Below are positions 39,587-46,429 of a stretch of 46,429 bases of DNA, in pieces. Both the position numbers and the translations under genes were made by a program. The stretch is taken from positions 1-46,429 of the forward strand of contig JBBDRO010000033.1 in NCBI GenBank assembly GCA_040905425.1, read 5' to 3'. Source of the DNA: Gemmatimonadota bacterium (GTDB lineage: Bacteria; Gemmatimonadota; Gemmatimonadetes; Longimicrobiales; RSA9). A model generated the notes under the pieces. That model was not told where the DNA came from. It searched no databases and saw only the letters and a program-made list of their open reading frames with translations. Within the stretch, counting starts at the first letter, position 1; each line of letters opens with the position of its first letter.

Positions 39587-40497
39587 CCGGCACCGCCGGC
39601 GCCAGCGCGCCCGTCACGTTCCTCGCGGAACAACGACCCGGGGTGGAAGCGGCGCTGCTGCGCGTGGCGGACGAGTTGGCCGGCCGGGATGTCGTTCGCG
39701 AGGCCCTGCGCTACGCCCTGGGCGGCACCGGCAAGCGCCTGCGGCCGATTCTGTGCATGGCCGCCTATCGCGCTGTGGGGGGGAGCGGAGCGGACGCGGC
39801 CGTGCACGACCTGGCGGTGGCGCTGGAGCTGGTGCACACGTATTCGCTGGTGCATGACGACCTGCCGTGCATGGATGATGACGCCTTGCGGCGGGGCCGG
39901 GCTACGGTGCACCGTGTCTTCGGAGCGGACGTGGCCATGGTGACGGGGGCGGCGCTCATCCCGCTCGCGCTCGCGCGTGTGGCCCGGGCCGCCGTGGCCA
40001 TGGGATTGGAAGAAACGCGCGCCAGCCGGCTGGTGGTGGAGCTGGCGCAGGGGGCGGGCGCGGCCGGCATGGTGGGCGGCCAGCTTCTGGACCTGGAGGC
40101 GGAGGGACACGCTCCGGGCCTTGATGACGTGGACGTCATTCATGCCCGCAAGACCGGCGCATTGCTGGCGGCGGCGCCCCGCATGGGAGGTGTGGCGGGC
40201 GGGGCGGGCGAGGGCATCGTGAGCGCGCTCGGACGCTACGGCCAGGCGCTGGGACTGGCCTTCCAGATCACGGATGACGTGCTCGACGTGGCCGGTGATC
40301 CGGCGGTCCTGGGCAAGGAGGCGGGGCGGGACACCGCACACGAGAAGGCCACCTATCCCGCGCTCCTGGGCCTGGACGGCGCCCGGACACGAGCGGGGGA
40401 GGCGGCGGCCGACGCCATTGCCGCATTGCGCGGCGCGCGTATCGAGAGCCCGGAGCTCGAGGGTCTGGCCCGGTTCGCGGCGGAGCGCGATCGTTGA
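39583..40497 (+). CDS. ispA: Farnesyl/geranylgeranyl diphosphate synthase
   Basis: GKRLRP, SLVHDDLPCMDDDALRRG, GQLLDL, KTG, FQITDDVLD. Confidence 0.93.
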   Translation: MTGTAGASAPVTFLAEQRPGVEAALLRVADELAGRDVVREALRYALGGTGKRLRPILCMAAYRAVGGSGADAAVHDLAVALELVHTYSLVHDDLPCMDDDALRRGRATVHRVFGADVAMVTGAALIPLALARVARAAVAMGLEETRASRLVVELAQGAGAAGMVGGQLLDLEAEGHAPGLDDVDVIHARKTGALLAAAPRMGGVAGGAGEGIVSALGRYGQALGLAFQITDDVLDVAGDPAVLGKEAGRDTAHEKATYPALLGLDGARTRAGEAAADAIAALRGARIESPELEGLARFAAERDR

Positions 40498-40532
40498 GCT
40501 CCACCGTGCCTGATTGCAGCAGAGGAGGGGAC

Positions 40533-42452
40533 GTGTCGTTGCTGGAAGGAATTGACGGGCCCGCGGCGGTACGCAGGCTCGACGCTGAGACGCTGCCGGC
40601 GCTGGCGGACGAGGTGCGTGAGCGCATGGTGGACGTGATCAGCAGGGTGGGCGGCCACTTCGCGCCCGGCCTGGGGGTGGTGGAACTGACCATTGCGCTG
40701 CACTACGTCTTCGATACGCCGCGGGACCGGATCATCTGGGACGTGGGTCACCAGGGCTATCCGCACAAGATCCTCACGGGCCGCAACGCCGCCTTCGAGC
40801 ACATCCGGCAGAAGGACGGCCCGTCCGGCTTCCTCTCCAGGCGTGAGTCCGACCATGACCACTTCGGCGCCGGCCATGCCGCCACCTCCATCTCCGCCGG
40901 CCTGGGGATGGCCACGGCACGCGACCTCCGCGGGGAGGACTTCAAGGTGGTGGCGGTCATCGGGGACGGCGCACTGACGAGCGGCATGGCGTACGAGGCC
41001 ATGAACAACGCCGGTCACAGCGAGCGGGACCTGGTGGTCATCCTGAATGACAACGAGATGTCCATCTCCCCCAATGTGGGTGCCATCAGCAAGTACCTCT
41101 CGCGGGTGGTCACCAATCCGGTCTACAACCGCATGCGCGAGGAGATCAAGAACCTCATCCACCGGGTCCCGTCGACCCTGGGGGAGGTGGTGGAGGGCAT
41201 CGTGCTGCGCCTCGAGGAGAGCGCCAAGACGCTGCTCACGCCGGGAATCCTCTTCGAGGAGCTGGGCTTCCGGTACGTGGGTCCGGTGGACGGACACGAC
41301 CTGCCGCGCCTGCTGGACACGCTGCGGGAGGTGCGCCGGTGGCATGGGCCCACGCTGGTGCACGTGCGCACCGTGAAGGGCAAGGGCTACGCGCTGGCGG
41401 AGGAGAACCCGGTCGTGTGGCACGGGGCCAAGCCGTTCGACAAGATCAGCGGCACCATGGCCAAGAAAAAGGACGGCCTACCGGCCTACACCAGCGTGTT
41501 CGGCAAGGGGCTGGTGGAGCTCGGTGCCGCGCACCCTGAACTGGCGGTGATCACGGCCGCCATGCCGGACGGGACCGGCACGGGACTCTTCGGGGACACC
41601 TACCCGGAGCGCTATTTCGACGTGGGGATCGCCGAGGGGCATGGGGTGACCTTCGCCGCCGGCCTGGCCACCAACGGCATCCGTCCGGTCGCGGCCATCT
41701 ACTCCACCTTCCTGCAGCGCGCCTACGATTCCATCATCCACGACGTGGCCGTCCAGGAGCTGCCGGTCATCCTGGCCATGGATCGCGCCGGGCTGGTGGG
41801 CAATGACGGTCCCACCCACATGGGGCTCTACGACATTGCCTACCTTCTGGCGGTGCCGAACGCCACCGTCACGGCGCCCAAGGACGGTGCCGAGCTGCTG
41901 GCGCTGCTCCGGCTGGGCGTGGAGGCGGATCTGCACGGGCCGTATGCCGTGCGCTATCCCCGCGACAACGTGCCCGCCGCGGTGCCGCCGCTGGCGGACA
42001 TCCCGCCGCTCATGTGGGGCACTTGGGAGGTGCTGCGCCGGGGACGTGACGTGGCCATCCTGGCGGTGGGCACCATGGTCCTGCCCGCCCTCGAGGCCGC
42101 CCGGGCGCTGGAGGCCGAGGGACTGGACGTCACCGTCATCAACTGCCGGTTCCTGAAGCCCATGGACGAGGCCGCGCTCAGTGACGCGATCGCCCGCCAC
42201 ACGGTGCTCGTCACGGTGGAGGAAGGCACTGAGGTGAACGGCTTCGGGGCCACGGTGGCCCGGCGCGTGGGTGAGCTTGCCGGGGGAACTCCGCCCCGTG
42301 TGGAGGTCGTGGGCGTGCCGGACCGCGTCATCGAGCACGCCAGTCGTGGGGAGCAGCTCGCGGAGCTGGGGCTGGACGCGGCCGGCATCGCCCGCCGCGT
42401 GGACGCCGCCGCGCGGCGCGGTCGCGCACCCATCCGGCGGGAGACGGCGTGA
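40533..42452 (+). CDS. dxs: 1-deoxy-D-xylulose-5-phosphate synthase
   Basis: SD AGGAGG before GTG 40533; WDVGHQGYPHKILTGR, GDGALTSG..LNDNEMSIS, IAEGH, YSTFLQRAYD, DGPTH. Confidence 0.97.
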   Translation: MSLLEGIDGPAAVRRLDAETLPALADEVRERMVDVISRVGGHFAPGLGVVELTIALHYVFDTPRDRIIWDVGHQGYPHKILTGRNAAFEHIRQKDGPSGFLSRRESDHDHFGAGHAATSISAGLGMATARDLRGEDFKVVAVIGDGALTSGMAYEAMNNAGHSERDLVVILNDNEMSISPNVGAISKYLSRVVTNPVYNRMREEIKNLIHRVPSTLGEVVEGIVLRLEESAKTLLTPGILFEELGFRYVGPVDGHDLPRLLDTLREVRRWHGPTLVHVRTVKGKGYALAEENPVVWHGAKPFDKISGTMAKKKDGLPAYTSVFGKGLVELGAAHPELAVITAAMPDGTGTGLFGDTYPERYFDVGIAEGHGVTFAAGLATNGIRPVAAIYSTFLQRAYDSIIHDVAVQELPVILAMDRAGLVGNDGPTHMGLYDIAYLLAVPNATVTAPKDGAELLALLRLGVEADLHGPYAVRYPRDNVPAAVPPLADIPPLMWGTWEVLRRGRDVAILAVGTMVLPALEAARALEAEGLDVTVINCRFLKPMDEAALSDAIARHTVLVTVEEGTEVNGFGATVARRVGELAGGTPPRVEVVGVPDRVIEHASRGEQLAELGLDAAGIARRVDAAARRGRAPIRRETA

Positions 42453-43363
42453 GGGTGGAGGGCTCGGAGCGCCCACCCTTCGCCAGCATCGGCGTGATCG
42501 GCCAGTCCCGCTATGGAGACCTGGGTGATGCGCTGACGCTCCTGCGCCGGGCCGTCGAGGACTACCAGGTGGAGCTCCTCGTGGAGGAGCGCCTGCGCGA
42601 ACTGGCACCATCGCTGGGCACCTTCGAGCCGGGGGAGGTGGATCTGCTCGTCACCCTCGGCGGTGACGGCACGCTGCTGCGCGGCGCCCGCAGCGTGGCC
42701 GCCTTCCACACCCCGGTCCTGGGCATCAACCTGGGCTACCTGGGTTTTCTCACCTCGGTCACCAGCGATGAGCTGCCCGATGCGCTGGCCGCACTCTTCT
42801 CGGGCCGCTACTGGCTGGACACGCGTTTCACGCTGGACGCGCAGGTACTGGGGCGTGACGGGTCGGTGCAGAGCTCCTTCGTGGCACTCAATGACGCGGT
42901 GCTCCACAAGGGCGGCTTTGCCCGCGTGGTACGGCTGGTGGTGCACGTGGGCCCCGACCACCAGGAGGTGGCGGCCTACACGGCCGACGGCATCATCCTG
43001 GCCACGCCCACAGGCTCCACGGCCTACTCGCTGGGTGCAGGCGGGCCGGTGGTGGACCCGTCCGTGGAGTGCATCCTGGCCACGCCGATCTCACCCCACA
43101 CCCTCGGCCTCAGGCCGCTCGTGCTACCGCTGGACACATCGATTCGGGTGGAGCCCCTCTTTCCCACCGAGGAGCTGATCCTCACGGTGGATGGCCGCGA
43201 CGGCGCCGATCTCCATCCGGGCGAGAGTCTCCTCGTGCGGCGCGGCGAGCCGTCGGTGCCGCTGGTCCGCTTCGCGGGCCAGAGCTTCTTCGACACGCTG
43301 CGGCGCAAGCTCCACTGGGGGCTGGAACACGAGGAGCGCCGCCGGGCGGGACCGGCAGGGTGA
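42449..43363 (+). CDS. nadK: NAD+ kinase
   Basis: LGGDGTLL, GINLGYLGFL, ALND, DGIILATPTGSTAYSL. Confidence 0.95.
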   Translation: MRVEGSERPPFASIGVIGQSRYGDLGDALTLLRRAVEDYQVELLVEERLRELAPSLGTFEPGEVDLLVTLGGDGTLLRGARSVAAFHTPVLGINLGYLGFLTSVTSDELPDALAALFSGRYWLDTRFTLDAQVLGRDGSVQSSFVALNDAVLHKGGFARVVRLVVHVGPDHQEVAAYTADGIILATPTGSTAYSLGAGGPVVDPSVECILATPISPHTLGLRPLVLPLDTSIRVEPLFPTEELILTVDGRDGADLHPGESLLVRRGEPSVPLVRFAGQSFFDTLRRKLHWGLEHEERRRAGPAG

Positions 43364-43415
43364 ACTGTCCCGGGCGCCTATTGCCGGGCCCCGACGGGCG
43401 CGAAAGCTTTCCATC

Positions 43416-45092
43416 ATGCTGATCGAGCTGCGCGTCGAGAGCTACGCCGTCATCGACCGGGCCACCGTGCGGCTCGGTCCGGGACTCAACGTGCTCTCGG
43501 GTGAGACCGGCGCGGGCAAATCCATCATCGTGGGCGCCCTCTCCCTCCTGCTCGGCGAGCGCGCGTCGAGCGATGCCGTGCGCACCGGCGCGGAGCGCGC
43601 CGTGGTGGAGGGTGTCTTCGACGTATCCGCCAATCCAGCCGTGCGCGCCCTGCTGGAGGAGCAGGGCATCGCCCTGGAGGACGAGCTCCTGATCGTGCGG
43701 CGCGAGGTGGCCGCTGAGGGGCGCAACAGGGCGTGGGTGAACGGCTCGCCCGGCACGGTCGGTCTGCTGGGCGAACTGGGCGCCCACCTGGCCGACCTGC
43801 ACGGCCAGCACGAGCACCAGACGCTGCTGCGCGCCGAGGAGCAGCGGCAGATCCTGGACGCCTTCGCGGGGGCCACGGAGCTGGCCAGCCAGGTGGCCGG
43901 CGCCCACGGGGAGGTGGCTGCCGTGGACGCACGCCTGGCCGACCTGGACCGGCGCCGGCGGGAGGCGGAGCAGCGCGCCGACTATCTACGCTTCCAGGTC
44001 GGTGAGATCGAGGCGGCAGAGATCCGCGCGGACGAGGAGGCGGAGCTGGAAGCCGAGGCCGCCCGCCTCGAGCACGCCAGTGAGCTGGCCGAGGCGGCCG
44101 AGCGCCTGCACCAGGAGCTCTACGCGGCCGAACGCGCCATGGTCGGGCGCCTGGCGGAGCTGCGCCGCCTGGCGGAGCGCCTGGCGGACATCGACGCGTC
44201 GCTGGCGCCCTCGGCCGAGGCCATGGAGGGGGCCTACTTTGCCCTGCAGGAGGTGGGGCGCAGCATGGGGGACTACGCCAACGGGGTGGAGCACGATCCC
44301 GGGCGGCTGGATATCCTGCGCCGCCGGCAGGATCTCCTCTTCCGGCTGAAGGCCAAGTACGGGCCGGAGCTGGCGGACGTGATCGAGACCGGCAGCCGGG
44401 CGCGCGCGGAGTTGGACCTCATCGACCGGGCCGGCTTCGAACGGCGCGAGCTGGAGGCGGCGCTGGCGGCTGCGCGGGAGCGGCATTCCGCGGCGGCGGC
44501 CGAGCTGAGCGCGGCTCGCAAAGCGGCGGCCCGCAAACTCGAAAAAGCCGTCGGCTCCCTGCTCCCGCGCCTGGGTATGGAGGGGGGCACGTTCGCCGCC
44601 GCCCTGCAGCCGCTGGCGGAGCCGGGGCCGCACGGCGCCGAGGGCGTGGAACTGCGGGTGGCGCTCAACCGGGGGTTCGAGCCCCGGCCGCTCGCGCGCG
44701 TGGCCTCCGGCGGAGAACTGTCGCGCGTCATGCTGGCGCTGAAGACCGTGCTGGCACGGGTGGATCGGGTGCCCACGCTGGTGTTCGACGAGATCGACGT
44801 GGGCATCGGCGGGCGCGTGGCGCATCGTGTGGCGGAGACGCTCGCGGAGGTGGCCCGCCATCACCAGGTCTTCGTCATCACCCACCTGGCGCAGATGGCG
44901 GCGCGGGCCGACCACCACCATCTGGTGGAGAAGCGGGAGCGCGAGGGGAGCACCCTCACCTCCGTGACGGAGCTCAGCGGCCAGGATCGGGTCCGGGAGC
45001 TGGCGCGCATGCTGGGTGGCGACCCGGAGAGCGCGGCCAGCCTGGAACACGCGCGCGAGCTGCTGGAGGGTGCGCCGGAAAGGGTGGGCTGA
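43416..45092 (+). CDS. recN: DNA repair protein RecN
   Basis: MLIELRV.., Walker A GETGAGKS, HGQHEHQ, ASGGELSRVMLALK, FDEIDVGIGG, ITHLAQ. Confidence 0.96.
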   Translation: MLIELRVESYAVIDRATVRLGPGLNVLSGETGAGKSIIVGALSLLLGERASSDAVRTGAERAVVEGVFDVSANPAVRALLEEQGIALEDELLIVRREVAAEGRNRAWVNGSPGTVGLLGELGAHLADLHGQHEHQTLLRAEEQRQILDAFAGATELASQVAGAHGEVAAVDARLADLDRRRREAEQRADYLRFQVGEIEAAEIRADEEAELEAEAARLEHASELAEAAERLHQELYAAERAMVGRLAELRRLAERLADIDASLAPSAEAMEGAYFALQEVGRSMGDYANGVEHDPGRLDILRRRQDLLFRLKAKYGPELADVIETGSRARAELDLIDRAGFERRELEAALAAARERHSAAAAELSAARKAAARKLEKAVGSLLPRLGMEGGTFAAALQPLAEPGPHGAEGVELRVALNRGFEPRPLARVASGGELSRVMLALKTVLARVDRVPTLVFDEIDVGIGGRVAHRVAETLAEVARHHQVFVITHLAQMAARADHHHLVEKREREGSTLTSVTELSGQDRVRELARMLGGDPESAASLEHARELLEGAPERVG

Positions 45093-45132
45093 GCGCGGGC
45101 GGACGGAGGGGACGTCGCTTGAAAGAGAGTTG

Positions 45133-45169
45133 AAAAGAAACGGCCCCCCGGCCTAGCGCCGGGGGGCCG
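45133..45169 (-). terminator. Intrinsic terminator of the TonB-dependent receptor gene (possibly bidirectional)
   Basis: 12-bp stem CGGCCCCCCGGC / GCCGGGGGGCCG with 5-nt loop; followed by TTTCTTTT on the minus strand. Confidence 0.85.
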
Positions 45170-45190
45170 CTCACATCACCGGTAGGTGGG

Positions 45191-46429
45191 TCAGAAGCTG
45201 TAGGTCAGGCGCAGCAGCGCCAGCGTCCCCACAGCGGGGGTGCCCGGGTAGCTCCGGTACTCCTCGTCCAGCAGGTTCTGCACGTTCAGCTGCAGGGCGG
45301 CGCCGTCCAGCCCCGGCAGCCGGTAGCCCAGCTGGAGGTCCAGGAGCGTGTAGCTCTCCACGCACTCCTGGGTGGGGGCGTTGCCGCCCTGGATGCATGC
45401 CGTCCCCTCGTAGACGCCGGACTGGACCGGGAACTCGTTGTTGTAGCGCACGCGCACCTCGCCATTGAACGGCCGGTCCTCGGCGCCGTAGCCCAGGCTG
45501 AGCGAGCCCTTCCGCGTGGGCGCGTTCAGCGTCACCACCCCGTTGAGCTCCTGCACGTCGAAATGGTCGTCACTCACCCAGGAGGCCGTGGCGCCCAGGG
45601 TCCACACGTCCGTGAGCTGGAAATCCGCTCCCAGGTCCATACCCCACACGTCCAGCGTCTCGTCCACATTGGTGTAGGTGGCCAGGAACTGGGCGCCGTT
45701 GGCATTCACGCTGGGTGAGGAGATCACGCCCACGGGGATGGTGGCCAGGCCGGGCGAGGTGGCGGAGCCCGCCAGCGCCGTGGCGGTGGCCACGGCCTGC
45801 TCCTGCCCCATGCCCAGGTCCTGCATGAAGCGCGGCACCAGGTACTGCACGAGCTGCTGGCCGTTCAGCAGGACGAGCGGGTTCACCACCGTGAGCGGTG
45901 TGACCAGCTGGTCGCGCCGCGACCACCAGAGGTCGGCGGCCACGGCCAGGCGATTACGTACGAGACCCTGGTAGCCCACCTCGAGGCCGGTGGAAATGCT
46001 CTCGCGGATCGGGTTCACGTCCCCGAGTTCGAAGGCGGACAGTGAACTGAGGTTGCCTTCGTAGTTCACCACCGTGCCGATCTGCTCGGACGTGGGCTGC
46101 AGGCTGAGCAGGTAGCCCACGAAGTTGGGGTCGAGCGGATTGCCCTGAGCCGCCGCCTGCGCGGCCACCACCTGCACCGCGGCGGGATAGAAGAGCGCGG
46201 CACTGGCGGGAATGTGCTGGCCGGGACCGCCGAGCCCCTCGGGCGTGAACGGTGACAGCATCACGTAGCCGCCGCCACTCTGCCGGAAGGTGAAGCCCTC
46301 CGTGCCCGTGCCCTGCACGCGCACGCTGTAGCCGAGCTGTGCCGCCCCGCGCGCCAGCGGATCATTGGCCTGGTTCGGCACCGAGGTGGCCAGGTCCAGG
46401 AACTGGTTCAGTGACGTGGGCGTGGAGAA
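45191..46429 (-). CDS. TonB-dependent outer-membrane receptor, C-terminal part (5' end outside window)
   Basis: Frame open to the window edge (FSTPTSLNQFLDL..). Amphipathic beta-strands (GLEVGYQG, YTLLDLQLGY, LNVQNLLDEEY) and C-terminal LTYSF BAM signal. Confidence 0.88.
   Translation of the reverse strand, partial: FSTPTSLNQFLDLATSVPNQANDPLARGAAQLGYSVRVQGTGTEGFTFRQSGGGYVMLSPFTPEGLGGPGQHIPASAALFYPAAVQVVAAQAAAQGNPLDPNFVGYLLSLQPTSEQIGTVVNYEGNLSSLSAFELGDVNPIRESISTGLEVGYQGLVRNRLAVAADLWWSRRDQLVTPLTVVNPLVLLNGQQLVQYLVPRFMQDLGMGQEQAVATATALAGSATSPGLATIPVGVISSPSVNANGAQFLATYTNVDETLDVWGMDLGADFQLTDVWTLGATASWVSDDHFDVQELNGVVTLNAPTRKGSLSLGYGAEDRPFNGEVRVRYNNEFPVQSGVYEGTACIQGGNAPTQECVESYTLLDLQLGYRLPGLDGAALQLNVQNLLDEEYRSYPGTPAVGTLALLRLTYSF

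Overview
High-GC bacterial core-genome window with almost all genes on the + strand. Gene content and order suggest a diderm of the Gemmatimonadota/FCB neighbourhood; this is an inference. Gene order: tail of an upstream gene (probably scpB), rluB, an uncharacterised ~551-aa Rossmann-fold protein, a MoxR/DUF58/Bat (VWA-TPR) operon, tRNA-Ile2(CAU), an orphan hybrid histidine kinase, secD-secF, tatD, mutL-miaA-bshA-nadC-birA-coaX, CIRCE-controlled groES-groEL, a minus-strand MarR + FkbM-methyltransferase pair, thrS, infC-rpmI-rplT, pheS-pheT-zapB-like-zapA, rny, folD-xseA-xseB-ispA-dxs-nadK-recN, and the 3' part of a convergent TonB-dependent receptor. I found no mobile elements or CRISPR arrays. 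The most interesting signals are non-coding. (1) A complete ribosome-dependent attenuator lies upstream of thrS, with a 19-aa Thr-rich leader peptide absent from the ORF track, an antiterminator and a terminator. (2) An L20-leader-like RNA and an AUA start codon precede infC. (3) A three-way-junction RNA lies before pheS. (4) An identical palindrome occurs upstream of both thrS and infC. All calls come from motif recognition and manual base-pairing, not database searches.
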